This document shows positions 13,291 through 27,505 of a DNA stretch of 64,000 bases, in pieces; position 1 is the first letter of the stretch, and each line of letters opens with the position of its first letter. This DNA is from Camelus ferus (taxonomy: Eukaryota), in the NCBI RefSeq assembly GCF_009834535.1, contig NC_045697.1, positions 66,962,001 to 67,026,000 of the forward strand, written 5' to 3'. The translations under genes and the position numbers were made by a program. Below the pieces are notes generated by a model. The model had not been told where the DNA came from, did no database searches, and saw only the letters and a list, made by a program, of their open reading frames with translations.

Positions 13291-14188
13291 AAAAACAAAG
13301 GAAAATATCTTGATGTCTGAATTCCTTTAGCCTTCACTGATGTTTCTGCTGAGACAAAGTCAATTCACTGCTAGATCAAAAACTCTTAAGATTGTACTAG
13401 GAATGTATGTGATTAAGTATTAAGCTGCCCGGTCTAGTTTTTATACTAAACCTAAATACATATTTCCACTTAAACTCTTTGAATCTGTAATTCCAGAGAT
13501 GTCATTAGCATGCATGTGCTTCAGAGATACTAAAACATGACATTTTAATCAGTCTGTGCAAATATTATTTTTAATTATTTTAAATTATAAGCAAATCATC
13601 ACACTACATTCATTTTAAGGGTATAAGTAGAATAGAATTTTAATAAAAGAAATTTTATCTAGGTTAATTTGAGGAATATTCATTATCGTACTTGGTAATA
13701 ATGAGGCATAAATGATAGGAAATTTATTCACTAATACTACTTTTACCTAGTCCTAGACCATCCATATTTTATAGTTTTATTTTACCTTTATGAGTTTTCC
13801 AGTTCTTTTCTCCTAATTGTTCAAGTTAGTTATCACCTGTTTTTAATGAATTCAGTCAGTCTCCACCCCACTCCACCCTCATACAATGGCACACCTGTCA
13901 TTAGATTTAACACCCTTATCCAAGTCCCTAAGAGATGCAAGTTTCTTCTAGCTGCCTTCTCTCTCTCCATTGTCCCCAAATTCACAGTGAGTGTCCCAGG
14001 CTCTCCTTTTTGCTTCTCCTTCTCCCCACACATAAAGGATTCTGGGACAGATGGACTGGTTTAAGAGGAGGTAGAAATTATAGGACACACCTACGATTAT
14101 GGGATAGTTATCATCCTTTGCAGTGGGTCAAGTAGGGGTTCAACCTGGAGGTGGAGAGGCACCCTGTAGTCTCTATGCGAATCATAAC

Positions 14189-14615
14189 TGTTGGAGGAGG
14201 TAACTGAAAGTACAGGACTGCAGCTTGACCTGTGAGCTGGACCTGGGCAACTGGAAGTCCTTCTCCTCCTCCGTCCTTGGAACGTGTGCTGCTTGCCTTT
14301 CTCACACTAGCAGCTGTCCAAGGATGCAGACTTGAGATAGCAATGTGATGTTGAGATCATCTTGATGGTATATGTAACAGAACCCAGTTAAGGCTTCTAT
14401 ATTAATTTCTACAATTCTGGCAGGTGGGTGCAGAGATCTACTCATCTTGTGGCCATCCAAGACAAGCCTCATATGTAAGTTCCCTTGCTTATTAAACCTG
14501 CCACCTACCAATCTGGAGTGGTCTGCCTCTCTCCTTGGTCTCTCCCTGCCCTCTCTCTATCAAGGTCAGTTTCAGATTTCAACCAGGAAACTCCTGAGGA
14601 GGTTGCAAACTAACA
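14189..14615 (+). mobile_element. Solo ERV LTR
   Basis: TGTTGG...CTAACA termini, attaaa poly-A signal, 5-bp TSD ataac/atgac. Confidence 0.75.
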
Positions 14616-17600
14616 ATGACCAAGTTTAAGGAGAGTTCAAGAGCACAGTATTTTCCCTGGGCTGAAATTTAGAGGACAGAGGAGTGTGTGAGAGGGATGC
14701 AATATGCTGGCCAGGAGTGAAAAGGAGGAAAAGAGTGAGCACCTTTAAAGCGTCTCAAGCACCCATCAAGGTACTTTATGTACATAATCTCTGTTCTTCA
14801 CAACAGCTCTGTGAGAGAGGTATTTATATACCCATTATTCAGATGAGAAGAATGACATTCATAGAGAAGAACTAGCACAGGCTTATAAAGCTCGTACACT
14901 GAGTAAATACAGATCTGAATACAGGACTGCCTGAGATCTGGACTCTTTTCTGTCTACCAAGCAAAGAACAGGGAGGAGGCAACTATAGTGCCACAGACTT
15001 GAGCACTGACAGAGCGGACTGCAGATCACGGCTGAGGGAAGCTGGGACACCAAACACCTGAGCTACTCCAGGAGATGGGCTTGGGCTAACCTCTGGCTGG
15101 TGTCCTCCAGGGAGGCAGTGAGATCCACAGGGTCCACCCCGTCATCACCATTACCCTGCCCTTTCTTAAAGGACTAACTCTGATTTACTTTCAGAGCTAA
15201 CATTAAGAACGGGTGTACTTTGATTTCAGTAGCATCAGGAAAAGCTCCTTACTCTCCAAAATTGCCCCCTCAAATTTTTGGCAGTGACTTGAAATGTATT
15301 TAAGAGGGGCCAGTTTTTAATTCCACCATTATTATATGGGTCCTCTTCATTATGCAAATGACCTGAAGAAATAACAGCTTAAACTAAGCCATATGAAGCA
15401 TTATAAAGTATGGCATATAAGTGACTAAGGGAAACCCCTTGAAATTTAGATAAAGAAGAGCTTGAAGGAGTGAAGATTTCAAGCTGGGATTCAAGTATCC
15501 AGCAGTATGCAAAATGTTTTAAGGGTACATTAGCAAAAATGTACTTAAGGGACTCAATATTTGTATCCTGAACACCTATATGCACTTCATCCTAAAACTA
15601 ATTGTCTTGAGAACTTGCCCTCTACTTTTCAAAATAAAAGCATCTCATATCTTGATCTTACCATGGTACATTCTAAGGGTGTAAAAAACAAAAACAAAAA
15701 AACAAAAAAAAAAAACCCAAAAAACCCCAGGGTACCAAACAAATAATTGGGAATATTAGTGTAATAGTTGAGAGCGTATAGGATTGAAATGACAGGGTAA
15801 CAAATCCTCTTGCAAATCAGTGATTTACAATTCTTTGCTTTCATCAAAATTGAAGGAGGACCTAACATGACAGCTAATGGTCACCGAACATAAATTCTGA
15901 TGATAGAACCCTATGATTTTTGGTGTATAATTCAGACAATGTGCAGAGTTGGGGGACACTGTTATAATATAACTTCATGCATTCCCATTTACTTATCTAT
16001 GGATGAGAAAAACTCAGTATTTGAATCTATTATAAATGACAGATAGAAATGAAATTTATGTTATCCTGTCTCATTTCAGTAACATTCAAACATGGCTAAA
16101 TGAGCGAACTGCAGAGGATGATAAAACCTTATTTCTCCCGTGTAAATATGTAACTCTAATAAAAATTCAGTCTGTGCTAAATAATAATTTATCAAAATTT
16201 ACAGTATATTTTGGTTCTTCAGACAAATTATGTACGAATTATTAACAAAGGTATTGACAATTCAAAAGAAACTTAACGTTTATATCTCTGTGACCACAAG
16301 AAATAAAATTTATATGTGCATTTTTATTACAGAAAAGTACTGAACTGTGATCAGTAAAAACTGTTTTAAATACCTTTAGGGTAAAAAAATTCTATGGAGA
16401 AAGTGGTCTAGAAATCTAGAAAAAAGAACACTGTAAATATTCTTTCTATTAAAGAAAATTTTGTTCTTATATTTTGTTAATGGATGATGTTGGGTAAGAA
16501 ATCATTACGGTGCTTGGTGTTTGCATTCCACTGGATCATCTTAAGTCCCCGAGCCATTTTATTTATAGATGCCAAATATTTATAATATACTCAGACAATA
16601 TATTTTCCTACTATTTAGTTTCATGATGAACATTTTAGATTCCAACTTAAAAATGCTGGGGAGATATACAGCTATGTATTATCTATCCATCTATCTATCT
16701 TTAAGTCTTTTAAAAATAAGCTAGCAAAAAATTGAAGATCACTGCACCAGGGCATGAGAGGATCTAGATTTTGTCCTCAAGAGAGGAACTCCATCGGGGA
16801 GAATGAAAGAGGCCGAGAATCAGGAAGGCCAAAGAACAGGATAAATAGGAGTGGGAGTTGGGGATCAGTGAATTGAACCCACTGCATATTCCTTCTGGGT
16901 GCTTCTGCAGTTATGCATATTGCTTTATATTTACATAAGGCCAATGAGACCTCACCAAAAGACACTTGAGTTTCAAGTTCAAAGACTAGAGTTAAGACCC
17001 AGCTGTCCCATCCATGAATTGTTTGACTTTAGGCAAGTCACTTGTCATTACACCTTATTTTTCTATCTCTACATATTAATATTTGTCCTAATTCCCTCAT
17101 AAAGGTCCTGTGAGATATGAAATATATATATATGAAAGCACTTTTGATCACTTCCATACAACTTTAAGCTAATGTTACTATCATTCATCTACAGAAAAAT
17201 TTACTTCAGTTAAAACAAAGCTATAACTTAACTTTTAGTGTCTTTACTAGTTTAAATGACTTTTATAAATTAACATTTAAGTGTAAAAAACAGGAAAGAA
17301 TGGTATCTAACGTGAAATGATAAATATTTTAAAATCTTTTTAATGGTCACATTTTTAATCTAAAGGCATTCCATCAAATTCTGTCCTAAAGACAACTTCT
17401 ATTTGCACATAGGTGAATTCACCCAGGTTAAACCTATCACTCTGGTTTGTTACTTTCTTAAGCAACACAGTCCATGATAAGGATGCTTAGCAATGTGATA
17501 CAGTTCTGTAAAGAACAACCTTCACATTGTGAGACCATGTTCAACATTCAATCAAGGAAAAACAAATGAAAATAAAGTCACCTTACTCTAGTTGAAAAGT

Positions 17601-18254
17601 GTTAGCAAGGAGGAAAAAGAGAAAGTTTATCCAGAAGACAAACTTAAAGATGTCTGCACCACTCCCATGATCATTCCCAGCTCCACCTTGTTGAATCCTG
17701 AACTCAGATTCGCACTCACTGGTCACTTTTCCACCTCTCAGGCTTTTTGAGGCCCTGGGTCATCAACAAATTACTCAGTATTTTTGTGATCTTCCTTAAC
17801 CTCAGCAGATGATGTGTCTTATTAACAGACCAAATGGACCAAAAGATACAAACTCCTCTCAAAGCTCTTCCTTTCTTCTATAAAGTCACCCAAAAACATG
17901 CGTATCTCCTCCATCCCTCAAACACATCACCCACGGCAAGCCCGCGCCTCTCGTCTATGCTTTCACATGCTCTTTCCTTTGGTGGCTAAACTACTTGAAA
18001 GAGCAGAATATTCATAGTCTCTTGCTAAACCTGCCCACTCACTCTTCAGTTTACTGCTGCCTGGGCTCGCCCTCGTCACTCAAGCTTCACCGTCACAGGT
18101 GACCAGAGGCCTCCCTAACCGCCCAGTCCAAGGGCACTTTCTCTGCTGTTTTCCCGCCACCTCTCTGTTCTTTCTCAAGCCTCTTTCACTGGTCTATCCA
18201 TCAGTTTTATGTAGTCCTCCTCAGGCATCTTTTTCTCCCCTTTTAATTCTGTAA

Positions 18255-18435
18255 CAATGGTTTCAACTTTGTTGAGAATCCCCAGAATCACATGCGGGAG
18301 CTGTTAAGACCTGCCCATTCCTGGGTCCCACCTGCAGAGGTTCTGATTTAATGGGGCTGACACAGGGCCCAGGTATGGGTGTTCTTAAAGCTCCTCAGAT
18401 GATGCTAAAGTGTAGCTGGGTTTTCGAACAACCTG
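18255..18435. mobile_element. MER5-type hAT element
   Basis: agaatcac...gggagctgttaa...ttctgatttaatggggctg...ttaaagctcctcagatgatgct. Confidence 0.7.
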
Positions 18436-18958
18436 TATGCACTGGCTGGGTGATTCCTTCTCATGGCTTCTAACTCAAAAGTCACTGACTTCAATCCTAA
18501 GTTTTGTTACGTTCCATTCACATTTCTGATTACTTTCTAGATAATTCCACCTGAATTCTCAACAAATATGAAAAGCCTTAGGTGCTGAATTGATCTCAGT
18601 ATCTCCTCACATTGGTCCCTACTCCATAAACCTGGTCTCCCCAGTCTTAATTAATGGAGTCATTATCTTCCCATTCCTAAACTCAAAGCTTATAGTAATC
18701 CTCACAGCTCTTTAAAATCATTCCTTATGTTATAGACCCTACCTTAAATATTTCTCAAACCTGGGCCCTCTTCCCTAGCCCCACTCTTAAGTATTGTGAT
18801 ACAATTTTAATTCCAACGAGTCTCTAAAAAGTAAATCTTAAAAAACAACACCAGCAAAAAATGCTCTCCATGTGTCACTGTTTCTAGGTTAAAATCCAAA
18901 TTTCATAGTATGCCACATGAAACCTTTTGCAAACTGCCCCCAGTTACTGCTCTAGCTT

Positions 18959-19429
18959 TGAGACAGGCTGGGGCCTGGGACCCTTTACTGCCATGCTTGC
19001 ACCTGGACAAATGTCTCCTCGTGCAATAGAATACAAAGAAACTATAAAGGACTGAAAATAACTGCATGCATGCCTCAGTTGGGGCATGAACAAAAAGCCA
19101 TAAAAAGGCCAAAAACCAGCTGCCACTTCTGAGGTACCAGGAGCAAAAGCAGGGTCCTGCACATGACCCCTGCACAGAGCACCACCAAGGGAGGGGTGCG
19201 GCAGACCACCTAAGCCACCCCTCCTGCCCCAACCCACTGATCTGCCCCTACCCTCACCTCATTTAAGAAACCAGCCTGTCCTCCTTGGAGAGCAAGCAAG
19301 GGCACTTATTTCTTGTTTTTGCTCCCTCGTGCTGCAGCAGGAGCCCAGGAAAGCCTTGCCTGAATTCTTCTGGCTTCTTTTCAATTTCTACTGATTCATT
19401 AATGAGTCCAAGGACACTGGTCGGTAACA
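18959..19429 (+). mobile_element. Solo ERV1 LTR (cetartiodactyl type)
   Basis: TGAGAC...GGTAACA termini with an exact 4-bp TSD gctt (18955-18958 / 19430-19433). Confidence 0.85.
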
Positions 19430-20146
19430 GCTTCACTTGGAAAACCTAATCCTACTCTGTAGGCACGTGAAGTTTCTAAAGTTTCCTCAGCACGTGACCA
19501 TCATCAACATGGCCACTCACACCTCTGCACTGTCTGCGCACTCTCCCCAGAATGCATTTCCCCTTTTCTGCTGAGAGAATTTCATTCATTCAGCAATGTT
19601 CACCTCAGAGGACACTTTCTTTCTGAAGCTTTTTGAAGCTTTTTTGTCTCTTCTAAGTAGTGTTGTCCTTTTATGTGCAGCCCTAGCACTCTTCTCAAAC
19701 CATTTATCATATTGTACTGTAATAATTAATATACAGTTTGTGGATTCCTACCATAAATGCTCTTGGGAGCATGATTTTATATATATGCATATATTTTATA
19801 CATTTAAAATAAATATTTATAATATATATTTTATATATGTATATATGATATATACAATATGACACATTTTGAATACATTCTGTATACACAGCATCAGCAC
19901 AGTGCCCTAGCAGAGATGTTCAAAAATGTACTGATTGTTTACCCAGTGAATATTTGTTAAACATCTACTATGCGGCCTCACTATTCCTGGTACCTGGGAT
20001 GCATCAATAAACCAAAGACAGTCTGTTCTCCAACTGATTCTCAAGAGAAAAGAAAAACAATATATAAACAAATAAACGTACTGGATTATTTCAGTGGTCC
20101 TAAGATCTAGGAAAAAAATAAATCAGCATTATGCAATGCTTTAGAT

Positions 20147-20339
20147 CAGGAATCAGAAAACGTTTTCTGTAAAGGACTACGTATTTCATACTTTAGGCTT
20201 TGTGGGCCATATGGTCTCTAAACAAAAGCCATAGACAATATGTAAACGCATGAGCACAGCTGTGTTCCAATAAAACTTTGTTTACAAAAACAAGTGATGG
20301 GACGCATTTGGCCTGCAGGCTATAGCTTGCTGACCCTTG
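20147..20339 (+). mobile_element. MER58A-like hAT element
   Basis: ttttctgtaaagg...ctgtgttccaataaaacttt...gctgaccc; 8-bp TSD ctttagat/ctttacat. Confidence 0.85.
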
Positions 20340-21615
20340 CTTTACATGGCTTCTCTGAAGAGGTGACTACCCACTGCCACATGACAACCTAAAAAAAGCC
20401 AATCCTGAGTCAGAATGTTCCAGGCACAGAGAAGAGCACTTGCAAAAGCTGTTTGAGAGCCAGAAATAAAGCCTTCATGGTGAAGTGTGGTGAAAGAATG
20501 AATATATGAACAGAGGCATGAATGAGTGAGGTTTACCCATATGGAAAATAAAAACTCTTACAATAAGAAATAAGGTTTTGAAAATAAGCATTCCCTCAAC
20601 TGAGATAGGCTGCCACATTCAAAGAGAAGAAATGAAGACATGATTGTACAGGAAAATACAAGTAAGAGCTACTCAAAATTAGTTCACTCTATGAATACTG
20701 ATGCACCAAACACCACTACAGGTGCTAGAAATTAGGCAAAATGTTTAATATTTATGACCTAAAGTTTCAGACAATCACAATATTGAATTCCATTTATTCT
20801 CAGCAATATATGTAGAGATTTCTAGAAGCAGAAATACTGAGATGACTTCTAAGTACTAGGAAGTACTGTTTATCACAAAACCAAGAGCAGTACTGTGACA
20901 AAAACGTAACCTGCAAACCTATAGTACATACCAATTAATTTCACTTTAGAAAAATATTTTGAAAAAAGTTCTTGGACATCAAACATGTTTAAAAATCATT
21001 GAGATTTGTATTATTAATGGACTCGAAATAGAGCTTAATTTCTTTACATTCAAAAGTTCTCAAATTCTCATTATTTCATGAAGTGTGTGTAAATAATAAC
21101 ACACAACTCAAATAAACTTGAATACTCTACTTTTGGAAAATTGATGAGATGATGTAACACTTTTAAAGAACTTTTCCCAAAAATATCTTTATCTGGGTAT
21201 TATATGATTAGCTCATGAAAATTGAGCAAATAAGGCTACACACAATTTATGTCATTTTAATGAACTAAATTTCAAAAACATACAGTCAATAAAACACTTT
21301 TTGTTATAGGAAGAAAAAAATGGGCTTAGGAGTTGGCCAGACGTGGCTCTGTGTTTTGGCCCTCCCACTTGCTCAGTCTACAGCCTGAGGAGGCTGTAAG
21401 CTCCTAGGATCACAGTCCTCACCTGTACAAATGTAAGGACCGTCCCTCCTGGGGTTGTAGGAGCATTTAATGAGATATGGAAGGGAAAGCAACTGGAATT
21501 AGAAAGCAGTCAATAAATTTAATTTAATTGCCTCTTCTCTAGATTTACCCCAAACAGAACTCTACTTGCATTAATGCATTTTACTTGTTGATGATTCAGT
21601 GCTCCTTAGTGTCTT

Positions 21616-21842
21616 TATTAAAAAGTACATACTTCTATATTCATGATGCTGATCAGGAAAAAAGAGAGAAGTCTTTTAATTTTCCACTACATTGGACTAC
21701 TGGTGTGGGTTTATGAGATTTCATTCATATTAAGAAGCACATACCTCTATATTCATAATATCAGGAAAAAAATCTGGGAGAAATCTTTCAATTTTCCACT
21801 ACATAGGACTACTGGTGTTGGTTTATGAGACCTCATTAATAA
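21616..21842 (+). repeat. Two-copy tandem duplication, period ~112 bp
   Basis: The unit (acatac-tctatattcat...aattttccactacat-ggactactggtgt-ggtttatgaga) starts at 21616 and again at 21728. Confidence 0.9.
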
Positions 21843-24425
21843 AACTCTCCTGGTGAGGAAAGTTTCCCCTTATTCACAGTCTCAATCCCTCGTAGTGTAT
21901 GTACCAGAAGAGACGTCATAATTCCAGCCATCTTGTAAGAGGACTGGTGCCCAGCTCTTCTAGTAAGAGGATAAACTTTTTAGAAATCCTTCCAACAGCT
22001 AGGTCTCTCACTTTTATTGACTCCTTCAGTCTGGCACAGAGTTCTGAAACCCTAACATGATTTTATTAATGAAGATGAGTGAGTCCCAACTTCTAAGGTT
22101 TAGGACTCGAGCATATTCACCCCATATTGTGTGTTCCCAGAAAAGGTATGTAAAACTGCCAACTCTTCTTGTGTGTGGTGTGATTTAGGGATCAACTTTT
22201 TTTTTTTTTTATGGTTTTATGCATGGTTTTATAGTCTTATTGTTACTGATAGTTTATAAAATTCAGAACTATTGGCTATATAAGTGCTGTCAGGGAGAGT
22301 TTTGCAGAAAAACATGGGGATCATTTTTCAATGCCCCAGGCTTTCAAAACCTCTTCTGAGCAGCTCCTCCAGCATTCAACAGACCTCATGTTTCAAAAAT
22401 TCTGTTATCTTTCCCCTAAATAATTTATTTTTAGCTTAAATTTAACTTTGACTTATAACATCAGCAAAAACAGAAAAGTGGGTTAACATTTCAAATGAAG
22501 TAAATAATCCCCATATTTAATCTTGACTTCCTACACTCAATTTTTCACCTTTACTTACTCTATTGCTGTCTTTCTAATTAAACATCATAAAACTTAGGCT
22601 ACCTAAGACAGATTCCAAAACTTCCAATGTTAATATAAAGTGGGGGACCCATTTACACAAGATAATTATTTTCCAAAATTTACTTATTTCCAGTACTTAT
22701 TTTCAAGGCTTGCTACTAAAATTGTTTAAAACATAGCTATGCTCATGTTTTACTATTAAAAAAATAAAAGACAAATATTTGGGGCAGAATGATGTAATAA
22801 AAATAAATCAACAGCATGTCCTCCTCATTGCCTCATCCCTTCCAACCCTCTGGGCAAATGGAACATATCATACTCAGGATGATTCATGTACTAGGGGCTT
22901 TCTAGAAACGTCTGCCACCAGCATTAGCAACCACAACTACTTGCAAATATATTAAATGACTGCTCTCAGTTGTTTCTTTGTTTTGTTTAAGTGTCACAGT
23001 AAGAAAAAAATTTATAACCTGAAATTTTATTCTTATTTTCTGCTTATAAAAGAACACAGTGACAGTGTATTTGGAACCACAGTAATACAGACATTATGAA
23101 AACGATGATGTTTTACCTTCAGATGATAAAAGTACATAGTTTAATATTATCAAACATTAGGAATGGAAGTCATATTTTCTAAAGTACACGTACTTTTAAT
23201 TCTAAACTAAATAAAAACCTTCGTCTGAAAAGTGATTAGGATACACTTTGACTGCCTTCTAGAAGGCTAATGTGTTGGTTTCATGACTGCCTTCTCCATA
23301 ATGTCAGGATCAAGACAAGGGCAGAAGCATTATTTGTACTGTGAAATAATTTGGCTACAACTCCATCCCTCTAAAACTCTGCCAAGTATGGACCACAAAT
23401 GCCAATGAAACAACAGAAGCAAAATCAATTTTTTTGCATTAATCATAAAGCTCCAAAGTTGAGATACATGGAGAAGTATAAGTAGAAATTGCAACAAATT
23501 ATAAATCCAATGGTGATTTACCTATGCTTACAACACCTTCAATATACTATAGGCTGAATTTTGTGATTTCTTTCAGTGTAACTTTTTAATATCAATAAAA
23601 CTGAGTTCTTTTTTGAATTTTAAATATTTAAGAATTGTTTCTTTCTGTAGTTCAGGGTAAATGACATACCTGATTTTACTAAAAAAAGTAATTTTTTTTT
23701 TTTTTTAAAGGAAAGAGACCACAAATTCTCTGCAGAGGTCCTTTAGAGATAGCCAGACTTTGATCACAAAATTGCTAACAAGAGGTGCTCAGAACCCCAA
23801 AAAGCTATTGGCACCCTTTGCCCTTTTGATACATGAACTTGTTAACGATGTGATTAGTTAAGGAATTGTCTAATCATATATGTCAATAATAAAGAGCAAA
23901 GCACCTTTGTAGTTTTCTTTCCTATTCTACTCCCTTGTAAAGGACAGATGTGTTGTATCTAATTATTCTCTGATTGGTATCGGGAGAAACATTAACATAA
24001 TTGGCACATTTGTTCTAATTAATAAAGAGAAACTGCCACATGCCACCCAACATGAAAAGTGAGTTCAGCATCCATTAGCTAGAAAAATTCACATTGATCA
24101 GAAAGATTATTCTACGAAACTCAAACTGGGGCCCCTCAAGTCCGAACACAGGCTGAAAATGGCATAACAGAGTTGAAAACCTGTGCACACCTGAAAACTG
24201 ACACTTCTAAAGAGAATGGAGATTCAGCCTAGAATTGTTGCATGCAGATACATTAATCAAATAAATGGGAAAAACAATTATGGAGCAATTATCAAATGCA
24301 TACTCAGCCAAGCCAAGCTTCTAGAAGGAGCATGAGCTAGAAGCTGGGAGTCAGCCACGTTTTACTGAGTTAGAAGTGACAAGTTTGAAGCTCTTCCTGT
24401 ATCTGTTTTGACCTTGCCCTTTAGA

Positions 24426-24760
24426 CAAGTGGTTCTCAAACTTTGCTGCATTTGAGAATCACCTGGGGAGCTATTAAAAACCTACTAAAAATAGTGACAG
24501 CTAGGCTGCATATTATACCTATTAAATCAGTATCTTTAGCATGGGCTTTAAGCATCAGTAGTTGCTAATGATTCGCAGGTGATTCCAATGTACATCCTAA
24601 TTTGAGAACCAGTACTGCAGACTGGTTCTGACGATCTTGCTAAAGCACAGATTCTGATTAAGTGGCCTAGGTGGGGCTTGAGAGTTGCCTTTCTAAGATG
24701 CTCCCAGGTCAAGTCAGTAGAAACAATCTATACATCACATCTTGAATAGTGAAGCCTTGA
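24426..24760. mobile_element. MER5A followed by an adjacent MER5-type fragment
   Basis: agtggttctcaaactttgctgca...agaatcacctggggagct...tttgagaacca, followed by cacagattctgattaagtgg...gtggggcttgag. Confidence 0.75.
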
Positions 24761-25279
24761 CAATTCTAGAAGATACCTATAGTTCATAAGCCTTCTATAC
24801 ACTTTCACCAGGTAAGGTTTAAGCTCAATTGCTCCATAGTTCGAAACCCTAGAATTATTCCGGTGTCTCACACTGGACGTATGACCAAGAAAGTCTTCAT
24901 TACAAAATGCAAATAAATGTTATTTATCGTTTAAAGTTGTGGGTTAAACACATCCTAAAATTCAAAAGGCAAAAGGCCATTTAAAAAAGAAAGTGTACAA
25001 AGAAACTCCCCCACCCCCCAGGGCCGGAGTTATCGTGGAGACACAGTTCTCTCTAGTCAAGAATCAAAGGCTACTTTGTTTATGCAGCTATTTGCTTCTC
25101 AGATTAGCAATAAGATACTCATTCAGTTCTGTGCTGACCACTGACCAATATACTTTGTACCTTTCAGTAGGTTTGTGACCAGTATTTTATGCTGTAAGAA
25201 GAGTTAGTCTTCAAGCAAGTTTATCTTTAGGAAATTGTAAGAAAAATAGCCAAAGGATTAAAAAACAACAAAGTGTAAA

Positions 25280-25848
25280 TGAAACCGTGCCCCACAGTTA
25301 ACAGAAGCTGATAACTAACAGAAATTCCCGAGCTTGTCTTACAGAACAGATAGGGAATACCTTGTCAAAACCCCTTTGCTTGTAGACTGCCTTCATTGAT
25401 GAAGTCCGTTTTAGTATTTTTCCTTCTTTTTTCTTTTCTTTAATTTCTTACCTATCCAGTTTCCATGCAGTCCAGTTGTTTCACGGGAAGTTGGAGTCAG
25501 CTCCTGCCCAGAGCAGGTGGCTAAAGCCGGCTGGGACCCTTCTAAGTTTTAGGCGATGAGCGGCCTGCAGACTTGGGAGGACGCTGGCTGCCTCCATTTT
25601 GATATACAAACACTTTGCGCCTGCGCGGAACACAAATCACCGCCCCTTTTCCCACCTCCCACGACCTTTCCCCAGGCTAAGCCCACCCTGCATATCCCAG
25701 TCTCCAACGCGCGGGGAGGCGGATCTAAGACTGGCTCTCCAGTCTTTTCACCTGGCTGCCGTGTTAATAAACTCTTCTCAGCTGTAAACCCCAGCATCTC
25801 AGTGTTTGGCTAGTTTCAAGTCCTGCAAATGGATCTGGTTTGGTAATA
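25280..25848 (+). mobile_element. Solo ERV1-type LTR with CpG-rich core
   Basis: Begins tgaaaccgtgcccc; aataaactcttctc at ~25766; ends ctggtttggtaata; flanks taaa/gaaa. Confidence 0.78.
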
Positions 25849-26839
25849 GAAACTGGAGTGACATTTTGCTCAGCTGTAACTTCCGCAAAGGGAAGGAATT
25901 TGCTAAGAAAGGGGATTTTGTTTTCCTGCTGGGAAAACAGTTTCTTAATTCCACACATGTCTGTCTCATTACTTTTGAGAGCTGAATGTATGCAGACCAC
26001 ATTATAGAGGTGAACTTGTCTTGAAACCTGAAAACTGACATTTCTAAAGCCTTAAGTTCAACTATAAGGAGATAAAAGCATGTTAATAAATGAACTAATG
26101 GTGACAATCATGAAAAAAGTCCAAAGTAGAATGACTGTATCTAATAATATCTTCCAAGGGAGCAAAATGGCACTGAAATATCCTTAAAATGCTAAATTTT
26201 AGGCAAAGGGACTGTACATTGTTTCGTCCAGAGATAGTTCCTAAAGTTCCTAGCCAGTCTTTACTATAAACTTGCCTTTCAAGTTAAGTAACTCTCAGCA
26301 TTTCCTCTTATTTACCAACTAAGAGTGCTGGATTCTTGCTATCCGACCACCTTTTGAAAATACTGACTTTCTGCTCTTTTTGCTCTCTAAGACTGCCATT
26401 TTTCATCCACAATAAGTTTACAGTGATTGGCCTATAGGCATATGGAGAATCATTGAAAGAAATTCCAAAGCAAAGTAACTTATCTAAGAAGTAAAAGACG
26501 GAAGTAAAAACCCTCCTGCCCTTGATTGTGGACACAGGCTAGGTCGCTGCCTGTTGCTGAAGCACCACTAAGAGATTGTATTTGAAAACAGCTTAAGTCG
26601 ACTGACCACTGATCTTAGGTCCTCTAAGAAAAACTCACTCTAGTGCGTCTGTTGACCTTTAGCATGGAAGATTTCACTTTCTTCTGAATGATCAAATATT
26701 TTCTAGATTTTATTCATTTAGTAAAATCAAGTTTAAAAACCATATTCCAAATTTTCTATTCCCACAGGAATTAAAATATATTCTTTATTTCTCTACCTTT
26801 CTCTGTCTCTTCTACTCCTACTATAAGACCCACAAACAA

Positions 26840-27505
26840 CCATCTACTACTTGAGGAGAGGCAAGATCTCCTAAACTGTGTCCCATTCTTACACTTCTAA
26901 AGTCTATATTCCCTATAGCAGCAAGAATAGTCTTTGAAATAAATATAATCAGGTCATGACAATTCCTACTTAAAATCTCCCATGACTTTGCATATATTCA
27001 GAAACAGTTCCAAATCCCTTATCACTAACACATGTTAGTCCCTAGGCTCATCCTACCCCCTCTGACTGAAGGGCTTCCTGCCCTCCCCATGGCTCACTGT
27101 GTCTCAAAGACACTGGCCTCCTTTTTAATCCGTAACCACATCAACTCCTTCTGAGGGTAATCTGCTCCCCTGCCTAGAGCTTCCTGACCCAGATCTTTTC
27201 AGGTCTGGCTTTTTCCTGTCATTCAGATCCCAGCTCAAATGTTATCTCTTCAGATTGATTTTCCTTGTACTTTAAAGTGACTCTTGATCCTCCACAACCA
27301 TCAGCCTCCAGATATGACCTTGTCTTATTTCCTTTAACTTGCAATTATCTGACAATACCTTGCTCTTTTATTTATATTCTTGTTTAGTGTTTCGTTTTGT
27401 TTTGTTACCCCTTTAGGGACTTTGACTGATATGTATTACCTGCAGCTAGAAGAGTAGCCAGCACACAGTGAGTGGACAATAAATATTTCTTGAATAAATG
27501 AATTC
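26840..27505 (+). mobile_element. L2 3' fragment
   Basis: cagctcaaatgttatctcttcaga...gcacacagtgagtggacaataaatatttcttgaataaatgaat. Confidence 0.75.

Noticed and set aside
21616..21842. CRISPR-like repeat
   Set aside because: Only two units, and the intervening sequence is itself duplicated, so it is a tandem duplication.
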